DNA of 64,000 nt from an uncultured Actinomycetes bacterium. GTDB lineage: Bacteria; Actinomycetota; Thermoleophilia; Gaiellales; Gaiellaceae. Of the stretch, positions 48,466-60,069 are shown piece by piece (positions within the stretch are counted from its first letter, which is position 1; the number at the start of each line of letters is the position of its first letter). The notes under the pieces were generated by a model that was not told where the DNA came from, made no database searches, and worked only from the letters and a program-made list of their open reading frames with translations. A program made the translations under genes and the position numbers. Where the stretch lies: assembly GCA_963734825.1 (NCBI GenBank), contig CAVTIQ010000004.1, positions 28,535 through 92,534 on the forward strand, given 5' to 3'.

Positions 48466-49409
48466 CGCACTACCTCCTGATCGGGATGCTCGCTCACAGT
48501 CGAAAGCGGCGTCGCGGTCGTGTCGAGGCCGCACGTGCTTCGCAGATACCGGAAGAGCGCGATGAAGTCGTCGTCGGCGTACCCGGCATCGGAAGCAGCT
48601 CGAAGGTAGGTCTTCAGCTCTCGCGCCATCGGTAGCTCGACGCCGGCTTCGTCGGCCGCGTCGAGCACGAGATCGATGTCCTTCTCCATCAGGGCTGTCG
48701 TGAACGTCGCGGAGAAGTCGTCGCGAAGGAGAGCCTCGGTCTTGTACTTCACGAAGGGCGCCCCGGCGGCGGAGCTCCCCATTACTTCGAGAAGCGCGGC
48801 CCGGGACACGCCGGCGGTCTCACCGAGGACGAGCGCCTCGGACATCATCTGCGCGAGCGCCGCGATCATGAGGTTGATCGCGAGCTTCACGATGCGCGCC
48901 TGCTCTTCGTCCCCGACGTGATGGATGGTCGGGCCGATCGCACGGAGCACGGGCTCGACATCCTCGAGCGTGGAGCGCTCACCGGAGACGATGAAGCTCA
49001 GGTTCCCGGCGCGCACGACGCTCGGATTACCGCTGACGGGTGCGCGCAGGTAGCGAACCGACGCCGTCTCGGCAAGCGAGGCAGTGCGCCCCGAGGCGCC
49101 GGGCGAGACGGTGCTCGTGTCGACGAGCACGATGCCTGGCCGAGCGGCTGCGATGACCCGCGCGGTCACGTCCTCGAACGCCTCGTCGTTCGCGAGCGAG
49201 GTGATGACCACGTCGACCTGCTGGACGAGCTCCTCCGGCGTCGTCGCGACGACGGCGCCGCGGGCCTCGAGAGCCTCTGCCTTCTCCGGTGTCCGGTTGC
49301 TGACCACGAGCGGGTAGCCGGCGTCGAGGAGGCGCTCTGCAATCGCGGTGCCCATGTTGCCGAGACCGATCAACCCCACGGCGAGACGCGGGTCGGGAGA
49401 AGCGCGCAC
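48462..49409 (-). CDS. NAD(P)-dependent 3-hydroxyisobutyrate/6-phosphogluconate-dehydrogenase-like oxidoreductase
   Basis: VGLIGLGNMGTAIAERL (GxGxxG)...VSNRT...VDTSTVSP...APVSG...KLAINL. The start may be a few codons inside the track ATG. Confidence 0.85.
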   Translation of the reverse strand: MRASPDPRLAVGLIGLGNMGTAIAERLLDAGYPLVVSNRTPEKAEALEARGAVVATTPEELVQQVDVVITSLANDEAFEDVTARVIAAARPGIVLVDTSTVSPGASGRTASLAETASVRYLRAPVSGNPSVVRAGNLSFIVSGERSTLEDVEPVLRAIGPTIHHVGDEEQARIVKLAINLMIAALAQMMSEALVLGETAGVSRAALLEVMGSSAAGAPFVKYKTEALLRDDFSATFTTALMEKDIDLVLDAADEAGVELPMARELKTYLRAASDAGYADDDFIALFRYLRSTCGLDTTATPLSTVSEHPDQEVVR

Positions 49410-49595
49410 TGTCCAGTATGAATAAACGAAGGCCGGCGGCTGGTCAAGCCGAAGCGATGCAACGCAGCCCTCGGGTCATGGTGTTACGGCGCCGCTCTGT
49501 ACAGCCAGACGACACGGCCGCCCCTGGTGGCGTTTCCGTCCCCGCTCGTAAGTTCGGACGCGATCCCCCCGTCGCGGTCGCTCGAGAAGCACCTT

Positions 49596-50591
49596 TCAAC
49601 CGACCAGTTGCCGCTCGAGCAGCTCGCCGAGATCGGCTACGACGAGATCCGCGCCGCGAGCGTGAAGCTTTCGCGCTTCCCCGTCGCGGTCGATCGCGAC
49701 GACCGTCTCGAAGCCGCCCGCGCGTCCCGCATCGACTCCGTCCGTGGTCGTCTCGAAGACGACGGTCCGCGCGGGCTCGACGCCCATGTGACGGCAGGCG
49801 GCGAGCAACATGTCGGGTGCGGGCTTTCGCCGGAGGTTCTCGGAGCGCGCCGTGTTCCCGTCGACGCAGTCGTCGATCAAGGCGGTGAGTCGTGCTCGCT
49901 CGAGCAGCATTCGTGTGCTCGTGCTTCCTGAGACGACGGCGCAACGGATCTTGGCATCGTGCGCCAGCTCCAGATAGAGGCGAGCGCCTTCGTACGCGCT
50001 CACAGGACGCTGCTCGAGCTGCTCCAGGAGCGCACGGCTCTTCGCATTGGCGAGCCCGTTTACCGTCTCGATGCCCGCTGGATCGTCCGGTGACCCGTCC
50101 GAAAGGGCGATGCCTCGAGTTGCGAGGAATTCGCGCACGCTCTCCGTCCGCGTCCTCCCGTGAACGTGCCGTGGGTAGTCGACGCCGATGCTGAAGGACG
50201 CGTACGGAATCCCCGTGCGGCCGATCCGCTCGGCGAGGAACTCGTCGAAGGTCTTGCGCCATGCCTCGGCGTGGATGGACGCGCTCGGGACGAGGACGCC
50301 GTCGACGTTGAAGACGCATGCAACCGCGTCCTGCGGAACCCCGAGGAGACGCTTCGCCTCGCGCGGCGAAGCAACGACGCGAACGAGGAAGTGCTTCATC
50401 TGTCGCTCGCGTGCAAGCGCATCGAGCAGGCGTACGACAGCTCCGCGCTCCTCGGCAAGTCGCTGACCCCGCAGACGGAGCTCGTCCGGCGCGAGATCAT
50501 GGCTGGCGGCCGCGAGCGCTGCCTGGGCAGCCTCGAAGGCAAGTCGCCACCCCCCGATGAGGGAGTCGAGGTCGACAGGCGCCTCGGTCAC
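49596..50591 (-). CDS. HAD-IA family hydrolase (beta-phosphoglucomutase-like) with an approximately 90-aa helical N-terminal extension
   Basis: VFNVDGVL (motif I), VVSGST (motif II), KPAPDML, FETTTDGVDAG (motif IV-like). Confidence 0.75.
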   Translation of the reverse strand: MTEAPVDLDSLIGGWRLAFEAAQAALAAASHDLAPDELRLRGQRLAEERGAVVRLLDALARERQMKHFLVRVVASPREAKRLLGVPQDAVACVFNVDGVLVPSASIHAEAWRKTFDEFLAERIGRTGIPYASFSIGVDYPRHVHGRTRTESVREFLATRGIALSDGSPDDPAGIETVNGLANAKSRALLEQLEQRPVSAYEGARLYLELAHDAKIRCAVVSGSTSTRMLLERARLTALIDDCVDGNTARSENLRRKPAPDMLLAACRHMGVEPARTVVFETTTDGVDAGRAGGFETVVAIDRDGEARKLHARGADLVVADLGELLERQLVG

Positions 50592-50627
50592 TTCTGGAGT
50601 CTTATGGGTCGGCGCGTTGGCAGCCGC

Positions 50628-52820
<2,193 letters not shown>

Positions 52821-52906
52821 CCCGGCAGTTTGCCAGAAAGCGGAGGGGTCACTCCGGTTGGCGAGGAGCTTCCGCTTCGTCGCCCGGTCGAGCGGCTCGC
52901 TGCCTG

Positions 52907-53925
52907 CTATTGAGGTGGGCCGGACACGAGACGCACGCTCGCCGCGTTGGCTCCCGTGTAGGGGTCGATCCACGTCAGCCGCACTTTGCGGCCGGGGGAG
53001 AGCTGGACGACCAGTTTCCGGAGGCTCGTCGACGATGTCACGCGTCGTCCGGCGAAGGATGTGATCAGGTCGTTGGCACCGATACCGGCCTTGTCGGCGG
53101 GCGATTCGGCAGCCACACCGTCGACCAACGCTCCCCGGACGGTCTGGCCTTCGAAGTCCGACCGGCCGAGCGAGACACCGAGGAAGGCGGTGGGGCCGAC
53201 GTGCACCGTTGCCGAGGGGCGAACGGTCTCGACCTGACTCACGATGCCCAGTGCGGAGTTGATGGGGACCGCGAAGCCCTCACCGCCACCGTCCGGATAC
53301 CGCAGGCTGGCCGTCGCCGCCGCGTCGACACCGATGACGCGTCCGTTGCTCAGGAGCGGCCCGCCGGAGTCGCCGGGCCGGAGTGGAGCGCTCGTCTGGA
53401 TCAGGTCGGTCAACCGGGTGGAGCTTCCGTCCTCGCCGTCGATCGTGATCGAGCGTCCGATTCCCGTCAACCTGCCGGCCTTCACGGTCAGCGTGCCGGT
53501 TCCCCCGGCGTTGCCCACGGCCGTGACCCGGCCTCCGATCTCGAGGCCCGACGACTCTCCAATGAGCGCCGTCTGCAGGCCGCGGGCGTTCCGAAGCTGA
53601 GGAGTGCGATGTCCTTCGAGATGCTGTAGCCGGCGACCGTGGCCGTGTAGGTTCTGCCGGCCGAGACGTCGGTGACGCGTATGGACGTGGCACCCCGGAT
53701 GACGTGGTTGTTCGTGAGCACCTCGCCCGAGGACGTGAGCACGATTCCTGTGCCCGCGGCTGAATCCCCGAACGCGAGCCTCGTGTTCACCACGACGACG
53801 CCCGTCCTCACGGTTCGCGTGCTGGACGACGTGTCGCGCGGCAGGCCGAGCGCAGCCGACGCGCCCGCGACGAGCACGGCGATGGCGACCGTGAACGTCA
53901 GCGCGATCCTCTGAAGCCGCTTCAT
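52907..53925 (-). pseudogene. secreted S1C (HtrA/trypsin-like) serine protease with C-terminal PDZ domain, one -1 frameshift near 53597
   Basis: MKRLQRIALTFTVAIAVLVAGASA signal. GTGIVLTSSGEVLTNNHVI (His), SKDIALL (Asp) | LRNARGLQTALIGESSGLEIGGRVTAVGNAGG...PGDSGGPLL (Ser), then the PDZ GVAAESPADKAGIGANDLITSFAG. 1019 nt = 1020-1. Confidence 0.85.
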
Positions 53926-54085
53926 CGGGTTCGCTTCGTCTCTATCGCTCTCGCACCCACGATCTCTAGGACAGCAGGCGTGGCTAAGAGCTGTCTGAGG
54001 ATTTCGCGAGGGCGCGGTTAAGAACTCGACCGTGCATCTGAGCGACAGCTCGACGCCCAGGGTTCGGACCCGCGGCGGATGATGC

Positions 54086-54959
54086 CTACGGAGCGACCAC
54101 GACGGCACTCAACGCGCTTCGCTGGGAGGTCGAGCCGCCTGCGTTCGTCGCGGTCACCAGCGAGTAGACCTTGGAGCCGACATCCGCCGCGCCGAGGACG
54201 TAGGACTGCCCGCTCGCGTTGGCGATGGTCGTGCAGTTGCCTCCGTTCGCGTCGCAGCGACGCCACGCATAGGCGTAGGTGATCGGCGCCGTCCCGGTCC
54301 AGGTACCGCTCGAGCTCGTGAGCGTCTGGCCGTCGCGCGCAGTCCCGGAGAGTGCCGGCCAGGCGGTGTTGACCGGCTTGGCCGCGCTCACGACGGCACT
54401 CAACGCGCTTCGCTGCGAGGTCAGAGCCGCCTGCGTTCGTCGCGGTCACGAGCGAGTACACCTTGGAGCCGACATCCGCCGCGCCGAGGACGTACGACTG
54501 CCCGCTCGCGTTGGCGATGGTCGTGCAGTTGCCTCCGTTCGCGTCGCAGCGGCGCCAGGCATAGGCGTAGGTGATCGGCGCCGTCCCGGTCCAGGTGCCG
54601 CTCGAGCTCGTGAGCGTCTGGCCGTCGCGCGCAGTCCCGGAGAGTGCCGGCCAGGCGGTGTTGACCGGCTTGGCCGCGCTCACGACGGCACTCAACGCGC
54701 TTCGCTGGGAGGTCGAGCCGCCTGCGTTCGTCGCGGTCACCAGCGAGTACACCTTGGAGCCGACATCCGCCGCGCCGAGGACGTACGACTGCCCGCTCGC
54801 GTTGGCGATGGTCGTGCAGTTGCCTCCGTTCGCGTCGCAGCGGCGCCAGGCATAGGCGTAGGTGATCGGCGCCGTCCCGGTCCAGGTGCCGCTCGAGCTC
54901 GTGAGCGTCTGGCCGTCACGCGCAGTCCCGGAGAGTGCTGGCCAGGCCGTGTTGACCGG
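54086..54959 (-). repeat. tandem coding repeat, 3 units of 291/292/291 nt, roughly 95-98 percent identical between units
   Basis: Unit starts (minus strand) are at 54959, 54668 and 54376. The three track ORFs beginning MIGAVPVQVPLELVSVWPSRAVPESAGQAVLTG at 54279, 54571 and 54862 (opposite strand) show spacings of 292 and 291. Confidence 0.9.
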
Positions 54960-55995
54960 AGCAGAGGGTGGGGGTGCTTGCGCGGTGGCATACGACGTGT
55001 TCGACACCTTCAGTGACGAGACGTCGACGGCCTCGAACGCCGAGCCGGGGATCGACTTGAGGGCGTTCAGGTCCGAGTTGTTCCAGCCCGAGTCCGGCGC
55101 GCCGCTCATGTAGAACGGCGAGCCGTTGTCGGCCAGGACCATGCCGTGTTTCTTGAGCGCACGGAGGATCACCTGGTTCTGCGCTGAGAAGTGGCTGATG
55201 TCATAGCTCGCCTTGAGCCGGAACCACGCGCCCATCGGCGGATCCGACGAACCGCCGGAGCCCGCCTTGTGGCTCGCCGGCCAGACGTAGCCGTTGACGG
55301 TCTTCGGCGCGGTGAAGCGGATGACGTGGTCGATCTCTCCGGCGGCCACCTCGTCGTAGCGGACGAGGCCCGGCAGGATCGGCAGCCCTGCCGCGTCGCC
55401 GGAGGTCCACCCGGCGGGGCGCATCGCGTTCGAGGTGAGACTCCAGGTCGCGCCCGATCCGGCCGTCCAGGACGACGCCGTTTCCCTGCGGGTACGCGCT
55501 GAAGAGCTCCCAGAGACGGCAGGCATCACGGTCGACGACGAGGACATGGCGATCGCCGGTCGAGCTCGGGCCTCCCTCGATCGGAGCGTCGGGAGGAATT
55601 GGATACGGGCCTGGGTCGCTCTCGTCGTCGTAGTCGAACGACACGGGCACCTTCGACTGGGTGCCGGGCACTGTCGTGTACGGGATGCCGATCGGGCCAC
55701 CGTCCCACAGGCCGGAACCGAAGTCCGCCTTGAGCCCGGCGGTCGGGCCGATGCTCGAGATCCAGGTCGCCGACTGCGCATGAACGGGCAGTCCCGACAC
55801 GTCGGCGTGCCAGAAGGAGTCGGCAGGAGTCATGGCGCACGACGGTGCGCTCGGTACCGGCTTGCCTTCGGCGAGAGCAGCCGGGACCAGCGAGACGAGG
55901 ACCAGCAGCAGGACGATGTTCGCGATCCGTGCGGTCCCGCTCACTGTCGCACCGTACGGTCGACCCGCGCTCCGGGTATCGCCGGAAAGGGGCAC
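54086..55995 (-). pseudogene. secreted protein: N-terminal domain of unknown family plus three 97-aa Ig-like tandem repeats; two +1 frameshifts (about 55476 and 54423)
   Basis: Signal IANIVLLLVLVSLVPAALA. Conserved-looking domain ...GIPYTTVPGTQSKVPVSFDYDDESDPGPYPIP...DRHVLVVDRDACRLWELFSAYPQGNG | SSWTAGSGATWSLTSNAMRPAGWTSGDAAGLPILPGLVRYDEV...HVIRFT...MVLADNGSPFYMSG. Then 3x PVNTAWPALSGTARDGQTLTSSSGTWTGTAPITYAYAWRRCDANGGNCTTIANASGQSYVLGAADVGSKVYSLVTATNAGGSTSQRSALSAVV. 1910 nt = 1908+2. Confidence 0.75.
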
Positions 55996-56068
55996 GTTCG
56001 CTCGGATGCGGCGAGCCCTGGGGGAGGCGGCGTCACGACTGAGAGCATCTACGGTGAAGGATGTGACG

Positions 56069-57562
56069 ATGCCCGCGATCGTCCCCCGGTGGGAATGGCG
56101 CGCCTTCGGCGCCGGCTTCGGCGCTGCGGAGGAGCGGATTGCCGCTCTCGGACCGAAGCGTGTCGAGGAGAGCGACGAGCTCTATCTGCTCTCGGTCGAG
56201 GGCGGTGACACCGTCAAGGTTCGCGACGGGGCCATGGACGTCAAGCATCTCGAGCAGGTGAACGCCGAAGGGCTCGAGCAGTGGCGGCCGGTGATGAAGG
56301 GCGTCTTTCCCCTCGCCGCCGCGGATGTCCGCTCGGTGCTCGGGGGTCTGCACGTCGCAGTCCCGCCGCTGGCTCGTACCGCCTACACGCTCGGGGAGTT
56401 GGTGGACGAGCTCGTGCGGCCGAGTGACGAGCTGCTCGCGGTCGAAGTACACAAGCGACGCGAGCGGTACGCGATCCGTGGCTTCATGGCAGAGCTGACC
56501 GAGGTTTGTACGGAGAGCGTCTCGACGCGCACGATCGCGGTCGAGTCCGAGGATCCGAGTCGTGTCCTCGCGACCGTACGCGAGCTCGGGTTGGGCCGGT
56601 TCCGAACGTCAGCTTTCCCCGCGGGCTCAAGGCGCTCCTGGGCTTTGGCGCGCCTCGGTACGCAGTGGTCGACGTCGGCACGAACTCGGTCAAGTTTCTC
56701 CTCGCCGAGCGGACGCCCGATGGCGGCTGGCGAAGCGTGGATGATCGCGCCGAGGTCACGCGACTCGGGGAGGGTCTCCAGGAGACCGGTCGGCTCAATC
56801 CGGAGCCGATGGCGCGGACCGTCGAGGCGATCGCGACCATGGTCGACGAGGCGCGGCGACGTGATGCCGTTGCCATCGCGCTCGTCGGGACCGCGGGTCT
56901 GCGAATCGCATCGAACAGCAAGGAGTTCGTCGGACGCCGTAGAGGCTCGCTGCGGTGTCCGCGTGGAGGTCATCACCGGAGAGGAGGAAGGCAGGCTCGC
57001 CTACCTCGCCGTCAAGTCGGCTCTCGGTCCCGCCCGCGGCTCGCTCGTCGTCTTCGATACGGGGGGAGGCAGCTCGCAGTTCACGTTCGGCGACGGGGAA
57101 GCCGTTGCCGAGCAGTTCAGCGTGAACGTCGGTGCTGCGCGCTTCACCGACCAGTTCGGCCTCGACGGACCGGTCACCGAGGATGTGTTGGCCGGGGCGC
57201 TGGACTCGATCGCCGCCGATCTCGGGCGCCTGGACGGACGGCTCTCGCCCGACACGCTCGTCGGGATGGGTGGCGCTGTCACGAATCTCGCCGCAGTGAG
57301 GCACGAGCTCGCGGCGTACGACCCGGGTGTCGTTCAGGGCACCGTGCTCGAGCGCGCGGAGGTCGATCGGCAGATCGAGCTGTACCGCACGCGCACCGCC
57401 GACGAACGGCGTCAAATAGTCGGTCTGCAGCCGAAGCGAGCCGAGGTCATCCTCGCCGGCGCGTGCATTGTGCGTACGGTGATGGCGAAGCTCGCGCGGG
57501 GATCGCTTACCGTGAGCGATCGTGGGCTGCGACATGGCCTGCTCGTCGAGCGGTTCGGATAG
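56069..57562 (+). pseudogene. CYTH-like (triphosphate tunnel) domain fused to Ppx/GppA-family exopolyphosphatase; compensating -1 (about 56600-56602) and +1 (56932) frameshifts
   Basis: MPAIVPRWEWRAFG...VKVRDG...EVHKRRERYAI...AELTEV...IAVESED (CYTH-like strand pattern) | PNVSFPRGLKALLGFGAPRYAVVDVGTNSVKFLLAE...LVGTAGLRIASNSKEFV | DAVEARCGVRVEVITGEEEGRLAYLAV...VVFDTGGGSSQF...MGGAVTNLA (ASKHA phosphatase motifs). There is no stop between the two domains. 1494 nt = 498 codons net. Confidence 0.75.
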
Positions 57563-57595
57563 AGACTTTCGGGGTACGCGAGAAGGGAGACCGAT

Positions 57596-58366
57596 ATGGC
57601 AACCGGAACGAAGAGGCTCTTGGAGATGTCGGGCGAGGAGCTCGGGGAGCTCATTGCGCTCGTCGGCGGGGCGGACACCGTCGAGTTGAAGACGACGATC
57701 CCGGAGAGTGCCCAGCGATCGGCGGTCGCGGCGTTGAAGATCGATCCGCTGGAGGCTCAGATCCGGCAGGTGTTCTTCTTCGATACTCCTGATCTGGCAC
57801 TCAGTGCGGGCGGCCTCGCGGTTCGCGCTCGGAGGATCCAGGGACGGTCCGGAGACACGGTCGTGAAGCTCAGGCCGGTCGTGCCGGACGAGCTCCCGGA
57901 TGACCTGCGTCGTTCGGGGAGCGTCGGCGTCGAGGTCGACGCGATGCCTGGTGGCTACGTGTGCTCCGCCTCCATGAAGGGCAAGGCGTCGAACGAGGAC
58001 GTTCGAGAGGCTGTCGGTGGTTCGCGTTCCGTGAGCAAGCTGTTCTCGAAGGAACAGCGCTCGTTCCTGCAGGCTCATGCCCCGGCGGCAGTAGCACTGG
58101 ACGATCTCTCGATTCTCGGCCCGATCTTCGTCTTGAAGCTGAAGTTCAAGCCTCGTGGCTACGAGCGCACACTCGTCGGAGAGATGTGGCTCTACCCGGA
58201 TGGGTCGAGGATCTTCGAGCTCTCGACCAAGTGCCTTCCCGGTGAGGCGCTCCAGGTCGCACTCGAAACTCGCGCGTACCTCAATGATCTCGGTCTCGAC
58301 CTCACGGGTGAACAGCAGACGAAGACGAAGTCCGCGCTCGAGTTCTTCGCCGGCGAGCTTGCATGA
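57596..58366 (+). CDS. CYTH-domain protein (CyaB/triphosphatase-like), intact
   Basis: VELKTTIP (ExK-type start strand), LAVRARR, DTVVKLRP, VEVDAM, MWLYPDGSRIFELSTK. Alternating basic/acidic beta-strand pattern of the triphosphate tunnel fold. 256 aa. Confidence 0.6.
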   Translation: MATGTKRLLEMSGEELGELIALVGGADTVELKTTIPESAQRSAVAALKIDPLEAQIRQVFFFDTPDLALSAGGLAVRARRIQGRSGDTVVKLRPVVPDELPDDLRRSGSVGVEVDAMPGGYVCSASMKGKASNEDVREAVGGSRSVSKLFSKEQRSFLQAHAPAAVALDDLSILGPIFVLKLKFKPRGYERTLVGEMWLYPDGSRIFELSTKCLPGEALQVALETRAYLNDLGLDLTGEQQTKTKSALEFFAGELA

Positions 58367-58402
58367 CCACACGCATCGAGCGCTGAGGACCAACCGCCCG
58401 CG

Positions 58403-60067
58403 CTAGGACGCCGTCGCGTCGAGCCGCGAGTGCTCGAGGCGGGACGACGTGACGTCTGCGAGCGCCGCGGCTGCGGCTGGGCCGGCTACCGCTGCGAGGA
58501 ACGTCGCGGCATCGATCGCGTATCCCGCGACGTGCGTCAGCGCGACGACCGTCGCCGTACGCGGCACGCGCCGGACGAGGGCGATCTCGCCCACACCGTC
58601 GCCCGGGCCGCAGACCCGGAGAGAGCGCCCTTCGTCGATCGCTTCGACCTCGCCCTCCGCGACCAGGAGGTAGTAGTCCCCCGGCTCGCCCTTCTGCATG
58701 ACGACGTCTCCCGGCTCGAAGGAGACGCGTTCGAGGCTCTCGGCGAGCTGGTCGAGCGCGGTCAACGGCAGCGGCGCGAAGAGGGGGTTGCTGCGCAGGA
58801 GCGCCAGGAGGTCGTCGGTGAGCGCGCCTCGGCGCGTCCGCGTGTGGATCGGGTGCCACGTGACGATGGCGAGGATCGGCAGGATCGCACCGGCCACGAC
58901 GAACGCAGCGCGCGGTCCGACCACGGCGATGAGCGCGGGCGCGACCAGGCTGCCGAGGAGCAGGCCTGCGCCGAGGCCTCCTTCCAGGACGCCGAAGACG
59001 GTCACACGATCCTCGTTCTCCACCCCCCGCTGGACGAGCGTGAATCCCGAGACATCGAGGACCGCGTTGGACACGCCCGTGACGAACAGCGCGGCCAGTG
59101 CGAGAAGAGCCACTGGCCAGCCTCCGATGAGGATCAGTGGTAGTCCCCAGCCTGCCAACGCGATCCCGAAGACCGCAGTCAGCCGCCCTACCCCGACGAG
59201 CCCGAGCGCGCCGAGCGCACCCACGAGACCACCCAGCCCGATCGCCGCATTCAGGAGCCCGACTCCGGTGTCGCCCATGTCGAGGAGCTCGATCGACGCC
59301 ACGACGATCAGGGTGATGAGAAGGCCGCGTACGAAGATCTGGGCGACGAAGGAGCCCATGATGAGCGCTGCGCCCGGGTACTGGCGTAGGACGCGAGAGG
59401 CATCGGCGAGGCGGAAGCGTGCGGTCGGTCCCGCTTCAGCTCCTCCGCGTGCATCCGCGGCGCGCTCGAAGCGAAGTCCCGTAACCGCGGCCGCGGCCCC
59501 GGCGAACCCGCCGGCCACGAGCAGGCTCGCGGCCGCCGATCCGGTCAAGGCGACGAGCGCGCCGGCGATGAGTGGCCCGGCGAATGTTCCAAGACCCTCG
59601 CCGGTGCTCGATGCGACGTTTGCCGCGACGAGCTCGCCAGGGGTGCGCGCGAACGCCGGCAACAGCGCGTTCTGAATCGGTCGGACGAGCGATCCCGCGC
59701 CGGCGACGACCGCGGCGAGCACGTACGTCACCTCGAGAGGCAGGTCCGCGGCGATCACGATGGCCGTGAGAACGACACCGGCAGTCCGCAGGAGATTGAT
59801 CGCAGTGAGCATCCGATCGCCGCGGAAGCGCTGGACGAGCGTGCTCGCGAACGGGGCGATGACGATCGCGGGCAGGACGCGAACCGCACCGAGCACGCCA
59901 ACGGCGAGCGCGCCGCCGGCGTCGTAGGCAACGACGAGCAGGATGACCAGGAACGCCCAATCCGCCGCAGTGCCGGCCGTCCACGCGATCTCGACCCTCC
60001 GGATGGCGCTGTTCCCGAGGACGTCGCGGAGCGCTCCACCCACGGCGACGACTGACGCGCCGCCCAT
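58403..60067 (-). CDS. MFS transporter (EntS/MFS_3-like, about 12 TMS) fused to a C-terminal cyclic-nucleotide-binding domain
   Basis: TM-rich N-terminal 410 aa, then LLRSNPLFAPLPLTALDQLAE...VMQKGEPGDYYLLVAEGEVE...GDGVGEIALVRRVPRTATVVA (FGE/RTA-type cNMP signature). 554 aa, intact. Confidence 0.8.
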   Translation of the reverse strand: MGGASVVAVGGALRDVLGNSAIRRVEIAWTAGTAADWAFLVILLVVAYDAGGALAVGVLGAVRVLPAIVIAPFASTLVQRFRGDRMLTAINLLRTAGVVLTAIVIAADLPLEVTYVLAAVVAGAGSLVRPIQNALLPAFARTPGELVAANVASSTGEGLGTFAGPLIAGALVALTGSAAASLLVAGGFAGAAAAVTGLRFERAADARGGAEAGPTARFRLADASRVLRQYPGAALIMGSFVAQIFVRGLLITLIVVASIELLDMGDTGVGLLNAAIGLGGLVGALGALGLVGVGRLTAVFGIALAGWGLPLILIGGWPVALLALAALFVTGVSNAVLDVSGFTLVQRGVENEDRVTVFGVLEGGLGAGLLLGSLVAPALIAVVGPRAAFVVAGAILPILAIVTWHPIHTRTRRGALTDDLLALLRSNPLFAPLPLTALDQLAESLERVSFEPGDVVMQKGEPGDYYLLVAEGEVEAIDEGRSLRVCGPGDGVGEIALVRRVPRTATVVALTHVAGYAIDAATFLAAVAGPAAAAALADVTSSRLEHSRLDATAS

Positions 60068-60069
60068 GC

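Noticed and set aside
54086-54959. CRISPR-like or satellite repeat array
   Set aside because: The 291-nt period has no spacers and lies entirely inside a protein-coding frame encoding Ig-like modules. No short (24-48 nt) interspaced repeats were seen anywhere in the window.
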